A DNA stretch of 64,000 bases, from contig OZ219917.1 in NCBI GenBank assembly GCA_964291415.2, positions 448,001 through 512,000 of the forward strand. The letters run 5' to 3'. Positions within the stretch are counted from its first letter, which is position 1; the number at the start of each line of letters is the position of its first letter. The notes under the pieces are model-generated. The model ran no database searches, was not told the origin of the DNA, and worked only from the letters and a program-made list of their open reading frames with translations. This DNA is from Alphaproteobacteria bacterium (lineage in GTDB: Bacteria > Pseudomonadota > Alphaproteobacteria > SP197). Shown here piece by piece: positions 34,936 to 45,792 of this stretch. The translations under genes were made by a program, and so were the position numbers.

Positions 34936-35781
34936 TCAGCGTCGGTCCAGCATGTCCCTGATCTCGTCCATCTGTCGCTGCATGACCTCCATGCGCTGCA
35001 GCAGCGCCTGGACCCCGGCCTCGCTGACGGCATGGAAATCGTCCCGGAGCTCCACGGACTCGGCATGGCTCTGTTCGGTCATGGCATTGACGATCACGGC
35101 GATGAAGAGGTTGATGACGGCGAAGCTGGTCATCAGGATGAAGGGCACGAAGACCATCCAGGCACCCGGGTACTGCTCCATCACCGGACGGACAATGCCC
35201 ATGGACCAGCTTTCCAGGGTCATGATCTGGAACAACGAGTACATGCTGTCGCCGACCGTGCCGAACCAGTCCGGGAACGCCTGGCCGTATAGCTTGGTCA
35301 CCATCACGGCGAAGACGTAGTAGACCAGTGCCAGAAGGGCGAGCACGCTGGAAACGCCGGGAATCGCCGCCATCAGGGCCATGACCACCTTGCGCATCGA
35401 CGGCACGATGGCGACAAGCCGGAGGACGCGCAGGATGCGCAGCGCGCGCAGCACCGAGAGGTTGCCGCTCGCCGGCGCCAGGGCGATGCTGACGACCACG
35501 AAGTCGAAAACGTTCCAGCCGTTCGTGAAGTAGCGCCAGCCGAAGGCGAACAGCTTGGCGAGCAGTTCGATCACGAAGATGGCCAGCACGGCATCGTCGA
35601 GATGCCGCAACAGCGTCCCGGCGTGCTCCATCACGCCGGACGACGTTTCCAGGCCGAGGGTGACGGCGTTGAAGACGATGACCGCGGTGATCGCACGCGT
35701 GACTCCTCGGCTCTCCATGAAGACGCCGACCCTGCGGCGCACCCGGTTGAGCGGCGAATTCGGCGTCGGCAGTGCGGTCAC
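34936..35781 (-). CDS. Bacterial voltage-gated sodium channel (NaChBac/NavAb type)
   Basis: WNVFDFVVV, S4 LRALRILRVLRL, filter TLESWSMG, FIAVIVNAM, C-terminal coiled coil; GTG start after GGAGG. Confidence 0.92.
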   Translation of the reverse strand: MTALPTPNSPLNRVRRRVGVFMESRGVTRAITAVIVFNAVTLGLETSSGVMEHAGTLLRHLDDAVLAIFVIELLAKLFAFGWRYFTNGWNVFDFVVVSIALAPASGNLSVLRALRILRVLRLVAIVPSMRKVVMALMAAIPGVSSVLALLALVYYVFAVMVTKLYGQAFPDWFGTVGDSMYSLFQIMTLESWSMGIVRPVMEQYPGAWMVFVPFILMTSFAVINLFIAVIVNAMTEQSHAESVELRDDFHAVSEAGVQALLQRMEVMQRQMDEIRDMLDRR

Positions 35782-36109
35782 GGCTTGTCCTCCAGAGGAA
35801 GATTGAGTTCGACAGGTGGGGTTGCGGGGTTCGAAAGGCAATCACGCTGCCAGGGCTGCCGGTTTCCGGGCCCGCTCTCCGGCAAAGTCATGTTGATGAC
35901 GTCCGCACGGACCACCGGCGCGTCCGTCAACGGCGCGGTGGCGCATCCGCCAACCGGCCCACGTCCTGATCAGGCTTTCCCGGTTGCATGAATTCCGTGT
36001 TGCGGGACCTTCTGGCTGTCTCGACGACGCAACCGGTCCCGCCAAGACCGGATGGCACGGCTCTCACCGGTCCTCCGCGGACACCGGGGATCCGCCGCGC
36101 GGACCCTGG

Positions 36110-37639
36110 TCATGCATGACACCTGTCGTCCTGCGCTTGCGGCTCAAGACAGTGACGGAATGCGCCGTCGGAGATGGCGGTGGCCACGGCAGCGAGCTCG
36201 CCGGTCATGCTGCGGTCGTCGTCAAGGGGCGGAACGATGAGGCGCAGTGCGTCGCGCAGAGATCCCGCAACGCGGGCATGGCGCGGCGGGTTGCGCAGAT
36301 CGAAGGCCTGGGCGGCCACGATGAGTTCGGCGGCGGCGATGCGGGTGAGATGACAGACGGCGTCCCGCGCCTGGCGGACCGCCACCCAGGTCATCGGCGC
36401 GTGATCCTCGACATTGTAGCTCGAACTGTCCAGCAGACTGGCCGGCGCACCGAGCAGGTGAATCTCCTTCGACAGGGTCTCCGACGTAAGGGACAGGAGG
36501 CCGAGACCGGCCCTCGTGGTGCCGTGGCGCGTCAGCCTGTCGGGCAGTCCGCTGAACTGGTTCTGCAGCAGGCGGCCGATGCGCTGCGCCGCCGTCGTCG
36601 CCGTCTGGGCCATGGCGAGTGTCAGGGCATCGAAGGCGACCGCCATGGCCGGGGTGTGGAAGTTGCCGGTGGACAGGATGTCGCCATCCGCCGCCAGCAC
36701 CAGGGGGTTGTCCCCGGCGCCGTTGAGTTCGACGGTGACGTTGGGTGTCGCGAAATCGATCGCGGCCCTCAGGCTGCCGTGGACATGGCTGACGCAACGC
36801 AGGCTGATCGGGTCCTGGACACGGCGGGGTTCCTCAGGACCGAAGAGCGCCGTTCCCTCGAGCTTGTTGCGCAGGCTCAGCGCCGCCCGCGCCTGACCCG
36901 GGGCGCCGCGGGCCATGACGACGCGGGGGTCGATGGGGCCGGGATTGGCGCGGAAGGCCTCGAAACCGAGAACGACGATCCCGTCCATCAGCTCCAGGAG
37001 ATGTTCCAGGTCGGCAATCACCAGGGCCGCCTGGCCGACGGACACGGCATTCGAGGAACACAGGGCAAGGCCTTCCTTCTCGTGCAGGTCAACCACGTCG
37101 ATGCCGGCGCGCGCCATGGCGTCGGCGCCGTCGAGGAGTGTTCCCCGGAACCAGGCGCGTCCTTCGCCGATGACGGGGAGTGCCATGTTGGCACACAGCG
37201 CCAGGTCCGAGGCGCCGATGGAGCCGATGCCGGGAACAAAGGGATGAACTCCCAATGAGAGCATCGCGCACAGTGTTTCAGCGATGAGCGGGCGTACTCC
37301 GGCCCCTCCCTGGGCCATTCCGGCGGCCCGCGAGAACATGGCGGCCCGCACGGTCTCCGCGGGAAGCGGCTCGCCGGCGCCGCAGGCCCTGGCGAGCACA
37401 ACGACCCGGCTGTAGTCTTCGCGGTCGGCGTGGTCCACCTCGTTCACCACGCGACCGCCAAGGCCTCGGGTGAGGCCGTAGACAGGCCTGTTGGAAGCGC
37501 TGAACCTCTCGACCACGGCACGGCTCTCTTCCATGCGTGATCGCGCCTCGCCGGCGATGCCGACCGGAGCGCCGCCACGGGCCACGGCCACCACGTCGTT
37601 GATTCCGAGAGGGTTCCCGCCCAGCATGATCGTCGTCAT
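36110..37639 (-). CDS. HAL/PAL/TAL-fold ammonia-lyase homologue lacking the MIO tripeptide
   Basis: VYGLTRGLG, GSIGASDL (not GASGDL), KEGLAL, QDPISLRC, DNPLV, GNFH, EDHAPM. Confidence 0.85.
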   Translation of the reverse strand: MTTIMLGGNPLGINDVVAVARGGAPVGIAGEARSRMEESRAVVERFSASNRPVYGLTRGLGGRVVNEVDHADREDYSRVVVLARACGAGEPLPAETVRAAMFSRAAGMAQGGAGVRPLIAETLCAMLSLGVHPFVPGIGSIGASDLALCANMALPVIGEGRAWFRGTLLDGADAMARAGIDVVDLHEKEGLALCSSNAVSVGQAALVIADLEHLLELMDGIVVLGFEAFRANPGPIDPRVVMARGAPGQARAALSLRNKLEGTALFGPEEPRRVQDPISLRCVSHVHGSLRAAIDFATPNVTVELNGAGDNPLVLAADGDILSTGNFHTPAMAVAFDALTLAMAQTATTAAQRIGRLLQNQFSGLPDRLTRHGTTRAGLGLLSLTSETLSKEIHLLGAPASLLDSSSYNVEDHAPMTWVAVRQARDAVCHLTRIAAAELIVAAQAFDLRNPPRHARVAGSLRDALRLIVPPLDDDRSMTGELAAVATAISDGAFRHCLEPQAQDDRCHA

Positions 37640-38034
37640 CGTCCGTTCTCCCGGTCGTGATGGGGCGTGCGCCCTTGAGCAAGGCATTCCGCGATGTCGT
37701 CGAGCGCCCGAGGAAGATCGGCAACGGTGTCGATCACGTGGCGGGCTCCGGTTTCATGGAGCGGCACAGGGCGGCCTTTGTCGATGCGACGATCGAGCCC
37801 GTCGAATTCGGCAGGCTTGATGTCGTGGCCATGAACGTGGCGCCTGGCAGCGGCGATGCGAGGCAGTCGTGCCAGAAACGCAACATGATGGCGCCTTTCG
37901 AGGCCCATGGGCTCCCTTGCCTCGCCTTCGCGAGTGGTGGTGCCACGATCGGTGAAGGCCTCCGCCGGTGCCCTGGAACCGAAGTCGGCCACGGTGCCGG
38001 ACCAGTCGAAGATGACCGCCTTGATCACGCCCAT
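37636..38034 (-). pseudogene. phnX: Phosphonoacetaldehyde hydrolase remnant with a large internal deletion
   Basis: KAVIFDWSGTVADFGSRAP and EAREPMGL joined to C-terminal GARHVIDTVADLP..LAQGRTP; ~132 aa, about half the usual length; Schiff-base Lys region altered. Confidence 0.8.
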
Positions 38035-38167
38035 GTCCTCCGGCCCGCATGCCTCGGGCCAACGTAGCCGGGACCCCGGCTCTCTCCAAGTCCCGGTATC
38101 CGGGCGGCGGGTTGCACAGGACAATCGGGCCGCCTTAGGGTGGTCTGGTTCAGGGGGAACGGCGCCC

Positions 38168-38884
38168 ATGTCGCGCGCGCGCTTTGCCAGTGACGGAAAG
38201 GGTGGTCTGACACGTCACGTGCCGATCAGGACTCCACGTCATGCGGCTCTGCTGGTGGTGGATGTGCAGGTCTACACGGTGACGCCGGGAGATGGCGAGT
38301 TCAGCGACTTCGACCCCTCGTGTATCCCGGATCATCTCGCCTACTACTTTGCCCGCCTTGAAGAGGTGACCCTGCCGGCGATCGCCCGTCTTCAGGAGGC
38401 GTCGAGGCGGATCGGCATGGAGGTGATGTACACCGTCGTCGAGGCCCTGACCGGCGACATGCGGGATCTTGGACTCGACTATCGCATCTCGGGTATCGGC
38501 GTGCCGAAAGGTTCGCCCTGGGCCGCCATTCCCGATGCCATCGCCCGCCGCGACGACGAGATTGTCATCCCGAAGACATCCTCGAATGTCTTCATGTCGA
38601 CGAACATCGACTACGTGCTGCGCGCTCTCGAGATCGAACAGATCGTGATCTGCGGCCTGCTGACCGACCAGTGTGTCGAATCGGCGGTGCGCGATGCCTG
38701 CGATCTCGGTTACCTGGTGACGGTGCCGGAAGATGCCTGCGCGACCATGAGCAGGGACCGGCACGAGCAGTCGCTTGGCATGTATTCGGGGTACTGCCGG
38801 ATCGTGACGAGCGGTGACGTCGTTGCCGAACTCGCCGGATTTCCCGCGACCGGCGAGGCCGGTCCGCGGGACGAGACAGCCTGA
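38168..38884 (+). CDS. Isochorismatase-family cysteine hydrolase
   Basis: ALLVVDVQ, PKTSSNVF, GLLTDQCVESAVRDACDLGY (D-K-C triad). Confidence 0.9.
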   Translation: MSRARFASDGKGGLTRHVPIRTPRHAALLVVDVQVYTVTPGDGEFSDFDPSCIPDHLAYYFARLEEVTLPAIARLQEASRRIGMEVMYTVVEALTGDMRDLGLDYRISGIGVPKGSPWAAIPDAIARRDDEIVIPKTSSNVFMSTNIDYVLRALEIEQIVICGLLTDQCVESAVRDACDLGYLVTVPEDACATMSRDRHEQSLGMYSGYCRIVTSGDVVAELAGFPATGEAGPRDETA

Positions 38885-38894
38885 GGAGACGCCC

Positions 38895-39497
38895 ATGGAA
38901 CGGATCATTGTCCCGCCATCAGAAGGTCGTGCAGTGCGTGTTGCCGCCGGCCAGTCCATCTCCGTCACGACACCGAAGGGCGGACAGGCGGCCGATTTCT
39001 TCGCCTACAACAGCGCCAATGTCGGCGAATGGCTGTCGCCACCGCACACATGGGTGACCACGTTCTCGCTCAAGCCGCGGCCGGGTGATGTCTTCCTGTC
39101 GCGATTCCGCCGGCCCATGCTGACGATGACCGGGGACACGGCCGACGGCGTCCACGACATGCTGCTCGCTGCCTGCGATCAGTTCCGTTACGAGTTCTTC
39201 GGCCATCGGGGTGTGCACGCCAGCTGTTCCGGGAACCTGGAGATCGCCATGCGCCGAGAGGGCTACGAGATCTCGGTCATACCCCAGCCGATCAACTTCT
39301 TCACCAATGTGCCGGTGGACGACGAAGGACGCCTGACGGCCCCGGCCAACCGGGTCAAGCCGGGCGCCGGCGTGACCATGGAGGCGTTGATGGATCTCAT
39401 CTGCGTGGTCTCCTCATGCCCCTTCGACATGCAGGCCGAAGGCTGGGAGATCAACGCCGGCAACCGGCCGACCGAACTCGAGATCGAGGTGACGTGA
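38895..39497 (+). CDS. DUF1989 (urea carboxylase-associated) family protein
   Basis: GGQAADF, HDMLLAAC, SCSGNL, PINFFTNV, VSSCP. Confidence 0.88.
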   Translation: MERIIVPPSEGRAVRVAAGQSISVTTPKGGQAADFFAYNSANVGEWLSPPHTWVTTFSLKPRPGDVFLSRFRRPMLTMTGDTADGVHDMLLAACDQFRYEFFGHRGVHASCSGNLEIAMRREGYEISVIPQPINFFTNVPVDDEGRLTAPANRVKPGAGVTMEALMDLICVVSSCPFDMQAEGWEINAGNRPTELEIEVT

Positions 39498-39509
39498 AAG
39501 CGCCGGTCG

Positions 39510-39974
39510 TCAGCGCTTGGAGAACTGGAAGCTGCGGCGCGCCTTGCGCTTGCCGTACTTCTTGCGCTCCACGACCCGTGGATCGCGCGTCAGGTAGCCG
39601 TTGGACTTGAGGGTCTTGCGCAGAACCGGTTCATGGAGCGCCAGCGCCTTCGAGATGCCATGACGCAGGGCGCCGGCCTGGCCTGACAGCCCGCCACCCT
39701 TCACCGTGCAGAAGACGTCATACTGATCGACGCGATCGGCAACATGGAAGGGGCGGCCAAGGATCAGCCGCCAGGTGCCGCGCGTGAAGTACTCCTCGAC
39801 GCTTCGGCCATTGACGATGATGCGTCCGACACCGGGCTTCAGCCAGACGCGGGCGATGGCGTTCTTGCGCTTGCCGGTGGCATAGGAGCGTCCCAGGGAA
39901 TCAATCTGGGGATCGGGAAGCTGGATCTCGGCTTCGGAAACGGCAGGTTCCTGGGTTTCGGCCACAATCGCCAT
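39510..39974 (-). CDS. rpsI: 30S ribosomal protein S9
   Basis: [31 protein letters not shown]. Confidence 0.98.
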   Translation of the reverse strand: MAIVAETQEPAVSEAEIQLPDPQIDSLGRSYATGKRKNAIARVWLKPGVGRIIVNGRSVEEYFTRGTWRLILGRPFHVADRVDQYDVFCTVKGGGLSGQAGALRHGISKALALHEPVLRKTLKSNGYLTRDPRVVERKKYGKRKARRSFQFSKR

Positions 39975-39976
39975 GG

Positions 39977-40441
39977 TCAGGCAGCCCTTCTGTTCTTGGA
40001 ATTGCGCGCTGCCAGGTCGAGAACTTGAGGCTGCTGTGCTTCGTGGGGGTGATGTGGCCCGGCATACACCTTGAGTTTCTTCATGACCTGGCGGCCGAGC
40101 GGATTGCGGGAGATCATGCGCTCGACAGCCTTGATGATGACGCGCTCGGGGAAGGCCCCGTCAAGCCGTTCACCAAGGGTCTGGCCTCTGATGCCGCCCG
40201 GCCACCCGGTATGCCAGTAGAATGACTCTCCGGCCCGCTTGTTGCCCGTCAGGTGGACCTTCTCGGCGTTGATGACAATCACGAAATCCCCGCAGTCGAC
40301 ATGCGGCGAGAAGGTCGGCTTGTGCTTGCCCCGCAGGATATCGGCGATTTCGACAGCCATGCGTCCCAGGACAAGGTCCTCGGCATCAACCAGATACCAC
40401 GTGCGCTCGACTTCGCGCGGTTTGGCAACATACGTCTTCAT
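39977..40441 (-). CDS. rplM: 50S ribosomal protein L13
   Basis: [29 protein letters not shown]. Confidence 0.98.
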   Translation of the reverse strand: MKTYVAKPREVERTWYLVDAEDLVLGRMAVEIADILRGKHKPTFSPHVDCGDFVIVINAEKVHLTGNKRAGESFYWHTGWPGGIRGQTLGERLDGAFPERVIIKAVERMISRNPLGRQVMKKLKVYAGPHHPHEAQQPQVLDLAARNSKNRRAA

Positions 40442-40598
40442 GCTGGTTCCGAATGGCAGCCGGCCCGGCGCGACCGAGACGGTGCGCCCGAGGGAGCGCG
40501 GAACCTAGTCAACATGCCCGGCGGTGTCAATGCCCGAATCCGGTTGTCATGGAGGCGCGCCATTGCCGGCGCGCATGCCGCTTGGCTACAGTGCAGCC

Positions 40599-41378
40599 AT
40601 GGACGAACCACTTCTCCTCAGCGCGCAGGACGGCCAGGTCGCGCGCCTGACACTCAATCGCCCGAAGCAGCGCAATGCGCTGAGCGTCGCATTGATGGCA
40701 GGGCTGCAGGACGAACTCGATCGCCTGGCGAGCCGGTCCGATGTGCATGTCGTCGTCATTGCCGCCAGGGGCAAGGCGTTCTGTGCCGGCCATGACCTGA
40801 AGGAGATCCGCGACCATCCGGGAGCCGACAACTACAACCGCCTATTCGATCAGTGCAGTCGTTTGATGTCGACCATCGTCAGGCTGCCCAAGCCGGTGAT
40901 TGCCAGTGTCGGCGGCATTGCGACGGCGGCAGGTTGCCAGCTGGTGGCAAGCTGCGATCTCGCGGTGGCCTCGGTGGAGGCGTCTTTCGCCACGCCTGGC
41001 GTCAACATCGGACTCTTCTGTTCCACGCCCATGGTGGCGCTGTCACGCAACGTGGGGCGCAAGAACGCCATGGAGATGCTGTTGACCGGCGATGTGATCG
41101 ATGCGGTGCGGGCACGGCAGATGGGCCTCGTCAACCGCGTTGTGGCGGCCGGCGATCTCGATTCCGCAACATCGCAGATGGCGCGAGACATCGCCTCGAA
41201 GTCTCCTTTGACCCTGGCTATCGGCAAGGAGGCCTTCTACCGCCAGCTGGAGATGCCGCTGGATGAGGCGTACGCCTACGCCAGCCGGGTGATGACCGAC
41301 AACATGCTCAAGCGGGACGCGAGGGAGGGAATTGACGCGTTCCTCGGCAAGCGCGCTCCCGAGTGGCATGGCGAGTGA
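40599..41378 (+). CDS. Enoyl-CoA hydratase (crotonase family)
   Basis: FCAGHDLKE, ATAAGCQLVASCDL, PGVNIGLFCSTP. Confidence 0.92.
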   Translation: MDEPLLLSAQDGQVARLTLNRPKQRNALSVALMAGLQDELDRLASRSDVHVVVIAARGKAFCAGHDLKEIRDHPGADNYNRLFDQCSRLMSTIVRLPKPVIASVGGIATAAGCQLVASCDLAVASVEASFATPGVNIGLFCSTPMVALSRNVGRKNAMEMLLTGDVIDAVRARQMGLVNRVVAAGDLDSATSQMARDIASKSPLTLAIGKEAFYRQLEMPLDEAYAYASRVMTDNMLKRDAREGIDAFLGKRAPEWHGE

Positions 41379-41872
41379 TGGCCGGTCACGACCACTACAG
41401 CGACGAGGCGTTGCGCTCGATTCTTCGCCGCTGTCGCACCATCGCCATGGTTGGCGCCAGCGCGAACTGGGTGCGGCCGAGCTATTTCGCGATGAAATAC
41501 CTCCAGGGCAAGGGATATCGCATCATCCCGGTCAATCCGGTGGCCGCGGGCGAGACAGTGCTGGGTGAAACCGTGCTGGGGTCCCTCGACGAGCTCCAGG
41601 CGCCGGTTCCCATGGTCGACATCTTCCGCAATTCCCAGGCGGCCGGTGGCATTGTCGACGACATCATCAGGCTGCAGAACGACAAGCACATTCAGGTTGT
41701 CTGGATGCAGCTCGGGGTGCGCAACGATGCCGCAGCCCGAAGGGCCGAGGCCGCCGGTCTCGAGGTCGTCATGGACCGTTGTCCGAAGATCGAGTACGGA
41801 CGGCTTACCGGGGAACTCTCGTGGAGCGGCATCAATTCCGGGATCATCACGGCAAAGGTCCTGAGATTGTGA
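41378..41872 (+). CDS. CoA-binding protein (YccU-like)
   Basis: IAMVGAS, IPVNP, VDIFRNS, WMQLGV, MDRCPKIE. Confidence 0.92.
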   Translation: MAGHDHYSDEALRSILRRCRTIAMVGASANWVRPSYFAMKYLQGKGYRIIPVNPVAAGETVLGETVLGSLDELQAPVPMVDIFRNSQAAGGIVDDIIRLQNDKHIQVVWMQLGVRNDAAARRAEAAGLEVVMDRCPKIEYGRLTGELSWSGINSGIITAKVLRL

Positions 41873-41930
41873 TCTTCTCCCGTTTCACGCGATGCCAGGG
41901 GGCGGGCGTACCGCACGAAAGGGACGAGGC

Positions 41931-43220
41931 ATGAACGACGGCGACCGCCGCTACGGCATGGAGACCCGTGCCGTTCACGCCGGGGCGCGACCCGACCCGG
42001 CAACCGGGGCAAGGCAGACGCCGGTCTACCAGACGACCAGCTACGTGTTCGACGACATCGACCACGCCGCCTCGCTCTTCAATCTCCAGACGTTCGGCTA
42101 TTTCTATTCGAGGCTGACCAATCCGACGGTGGCGGTCCTCGAGGAAAAGATCGCCAATCTCGAGGACGGCCGCGCCGCCGTCGCGTGCGCTTCGGGACAT
42201 GCGGCGCAGTTTCTTGCCTTCTTCACCCTGCTTGAGCCCGGTTCCCACATCGTTGCGTCACGCTATCTCTACGGCGGTTCCGTGACGCAGTTCACCAAGT
42301 CCTTCGCCCGGCTTGGCTGGCACGCCGACCTCGTCGACCCCAACGATCCGGATGTCGTGGAAGCGGCCATCCGTCGCGAGACCCGCGCCATCTTCGTCGA
42401 GGTGCTGGCCAATCCCGGCGGCATCGTCGTCGACCTCGAACCCCTGGTCGCGATTGCGCGCCGCCACCGGATTCCCCTTGTCGTCGACAACACTATGGCG
42501 ACACCGTGTCTCATCCAGCCCTTTCACTGGGGCGCTGATATCGTCATCCATTCGGCGACCAAGTTCATTGGCGGCCATGGCACGTCGATGGGAGGCGTCG
42601 TCGTCGAGTCGGGAGCGTTCGACTGGTTCGCCAGCGGCAAGTTCCCCGGCATGACGGAACCCGAAGAGGCCTATCACGGTCTCACCTTTGCCGAGACATT
42701 CGGCGATTTCGGATTCACCATGAAGGCGCGTGCCGTGGCTTTGAGGGATTTCGGTCCGTCGCTGTCGCCGGCCAACGCCTTCCATCTCATCACCGGATGC
42801 GAAACCCTGCCCCTTCGCATGCAGCGTCACTGTGACAACGCGCTTGAGGTTGCCCGCCACCTCGAGACCCACCCCAAGGTGGCCTGGGTCTCCTATGCCG
42901 GGTTGGAGTCGAGCCCGTGGCACGGTCTGGCGCGGAAGTACCTGAAGAACGGTTTCGGCAGCGTCTTCACCTTCGGACTGAAGGACGGCTTCGATGCCTG
43001 TACCCGCATGGTCGAGGCATCAGGCCTCTTCAGCCATCTTGCCAACATCGGTGACACGCGGAGCCTCGTCATTCACCCGGCGAGCACGACGCACCGCCAG
43101 CTCACGTCCGAACAGCGCGCCACCGCTGGAGCCGCCGACGATACCATCCGTCTCTCCATCGGAATCGAGACGGTCAGCGATCTGATCCGGGATCTCGACG
43201 AGGCCCTGGAAAAGGCCTGA
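41931..43220 (+). CDS. O-acetylhomoserine aminocarboxypropyltransferase/cysteine synthase (MetY-like)
   Basis: YSRLTNPT, VDNT, HSATKFIGGHG, HLANIGD, IHPASTTH. Confidence 0.93.
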   Translation: MNDGDRRYGMETRAVHAGARPDPATGARQTPVYQTTSYVFDDIDHAASLFNLQTFGYFYSRLTNPTVAVLEEKIANLEDGRAAVACASGHAAQFLAFFTLLEPGSHIVASRYLYGGSVTQFTKSFARLGWHADLVDPNDPDVVEAAIRRETRAIFVEVLANPGGIVVDLEPLVAIARRHRIPLVVDNTMATPCLIQPFHWGADIVIHSATKFIGGHGTSMGGVVVESGAFDWFASGKFPGMTEPEEAYHGLTFAETFGDFGFTMKARAVALRDFGPSLSPANAFHLITGCETLPLRMQRHCDNALEVARHLETHPKVAWVSYAGLESSPWHGLARKYLKNGFGSVFTFGLKDGFDACTRMVEASGLFSHLANIGDTRSLVIHPASTTHRQLTSEQRATAGAADDTIRLSIGIETVSDLIRDLDEALEKA

Positions 43221-43234
43221 CCGTCAGGTTGCAA

Positions 43235-43741
43235 CTACCTGCACATTCCCCGGGATCCTTCGGCGCACACCTTCGCCCCGTCCGTCCACGTGGCTCCGGA
43301 CAGGGTGGCGCCGGTGAAATCGACATCCCTGAGAACGGCTCCGGTCAGGTCGACACCGGTCAGGTCGGCGAAGAGGAACTTGGTGTCGCGGACCTCGACG
43401 TGGCGCATGGAAGCACCCGAAAGGTCCGCCCTGTCGAAGCGTGCGCCGGTCAGCTTGGCACCGTCGAATGTGGCGCCGGAAAGGTCCGATTCGACGAAGC
43501 GCACGCGGTAGCCGTCAATGCGCGAAAAATCGGCATTGCGGAGATTGGCGTTGCTGAGCGATGCGCCGCGCAGGTTGCCACCGGCGACAACGGCTCCGGG
43601 GAAGTCGATTCCGGAGAGGTTGCAGCTGCGCCAGTCGACGTTCTCTTTCGGAAGGTCGTTGCACCCGGCCTCGGCCACACTCCCCCCGACCACCGCCAGA
43701 AGGGCAATGACTGGTATGAGGGAAAGTGTGCGGCCGGCCAT
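43235..43741 (-). CDS. Secreted pentapeptide-repeat protein
   Basis: Signal-peptide-like N-terminus, A(D/N)LxG pentapeptide repeats, C-terminal WTDG.VC. Confidence 0.88.
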   Translation of the reverse strand: MAGRTLSLIPVIALLAVVGGSVAEAGCNDLPKENVDWRSCNLSGIDFPGAVVAGGNLRGASLSNANLRNADFSRIDGYRVRFVESDLSGATFDGAKLTGARFDRADLSGASMRHVEVRDTKFLFADLTGVDLTGAVLRDVDFTGATLSGATWTDGAKVCAEGSRGMCR

Positions 43742-43793
43742 CCTGGAACCCGGTCTCCCGGGCACGTCAGACGTGCCCGGGAAGGCCCACTTC

Positions 43794-45206
43794 CTAAATG
43801 CTGTAGTACATGTCGAACTCGATGGGATGGGTGGTGGTTTCGAAGGCCATCACCTCTTCCCACTTGAGCTCGAGATAGCCGTTGATGAGGTCGTCGTTGA
43901 AGACCTCACCCCTCTTGAGGAAGTCGTTGTCCTCCTCGAGGGCGTTCAACGCCTCGCGCAGGCTGCCCGCCACCGTCGGCACGTCCTTCAGTTCCTCGGG
44001 CGGCAGATCGTAGAGATTCTTGTCCATCGCATCACCTGGATGGATGCGGTTCTCGATGCCGTCGAGGCCGGCCATCAGCATGGCCGAAAAGGCAAAATAG
44101 GGATTGGCGGTCGGATCGGGGAAACGAATCTCGACACGCTTGGCCTTCGGTGAGGTGGCGTAGGGAATGCGGCAGGATGCCGAACGGTTCCGCGAACTGT
44201 AGGCGAGCAGCACCGGCGCCTCGTAACCCGGGACCAGTCTCTTGTAGCTGTTGGTCGAGGCATTGGTGAACGCGTTGAGCGCCTTGGCATGGCGGATGAT
44301 GCCACCGATGTAGTAGAGCGCCATGTCGGAGAGATCCGCATACCGGTTACCGGCGAAGAGAGGCTCTCCGTCCATCCAGATGGACTGGTGCACATGCATG
44401 CCGGAGCCGTTGTCGTACATCACCGGCTTGGGCATGAAGGTCGCCGTCTTGCCGTAGCTGTGGGCGACCCGGTGGACGACGTACTTGTAGGCCTGCACGT
44501 GGTCGGCGCAGGTCAGCAACGAACCGAATGTCATGCCGAGTTCGTGCTGTGCCGGCGCCACCTCGTGGTGATGCTTGTCGATGGGAAGGCCCATTTCGGC
44601 CATGGTCGACAACATCTCGGAGCGCATGTCGCTCAGTGAATCGACCGGTGGAACGGGGAAGTAGCCGCCTTTCTGGCGTGGCCGGTGGGCGAGGTTGCCC
44701 GTGCCTTCGTACTCGGTGTTGTCGTTGTAGGGCCCTTCTTCCGAATCGATTTCGTAGCCCATGACGTGGGATTCGGTGGAAAAGCGCACGCTGTCGAAGA
44801 CGAAGAACTCGAGCTCGGGCCCGAAGAAGGCCGTGTCGCCGATGCCGGTGTACTGCAGATAGGCTTCCGCCCGCCTGGCCAGCGAGCGCGGGTCGCGCTC
44901 ATAGTCCTGCCCTGTCGACGGTTCGTGGATGTCACAGTTCAGGATGAGTGTGGGCTGTGACTCGAAGGGATCCAGAACCATGGTGCTCGGATCCGGAATG
45001 AGGGTCATGTCTGATTCGTTGATGGCCTTCCAGCCCGCGATGGAGGAGCCGTCAAACATGACACCGTCGGTGAACATGTCCTCGTCGACCATGCGTCTGG
45101 ACAGCGTAAGATGCTGCCACTTGCCCCTTGGGTCGGTGAACCGGAGGTCGACATAGGGAATGTCGTCATCGTTGATACGCTTGAGAACACTTTCAGCATC
45201 TGACAT
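43794..45206 (-). CDS. glnA: Glutamine synthetase type I
   Basis: [43 protein letters not shown] adenylylation site. Confidence 0.98.
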   Translation of the reverse strand: MSDAESVLKRINDDDIPYVDLRFTDPRGKWQHLTLSRRMVDEDMFTDGVMFDGSSIAGWKAINESDMTLIPDPSTMVLDPFESQPTLILNCDIHEPSTGQDYERDPRSLARRAEAYLQYTGIGDTAFFGPELEFFVFDSVRFSTESHVMGYEIDSEEGPYNDNTEYEGTGNLAHRPRQKGGYFPVPPVDSLSDMRSEMLSTMAEMGLPIDKHHHEVAPAQHELGMTFGSLLTCADHVQAYKYVVHRVAHSYGKTATFMPKPVMYDNGSGMHVHQSIWMDGEPLFAGNRYADLSDMALYYIGGIIRHAKALNAFTNASTNSYKRLVPGYEAPVLLAYSSRNRSASCRIPYATSPKAKRVEIRFPDPTANPYFAFSAMLMAGLDGIENRIHPGDAMDKNLYDLPPEELKDVPTVAGSLREALNALEEDNDFLKRGEVFNDDLINGYLELKWEEVMAFETTTHPIEFDMYYSI

Positions 45207-45250
45207 GTCAGGGTCCTTCCCGGGTGTCTGTTGGAGAGTCGGGCGTGGTT

Positions 45251-45745
<495 letters not shown>

Positions 45746-45792
45746 TCACAGGGAAATCGGAGAAATGGTCCATTCGGACCGGCGGAGGCGAC

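Noticed and set aside
36110-37639. Call as hutH
   Set aside because: The ASG tripeptide and the QDPY Tyr are absent, and no other hut genes are nearby
38035-38167. Guanidine riboswitch before the isochorismatase/DUF1989 genes
   Set aside because: No ykkC core and no paired ACGR-loop hairpins recognised by eye
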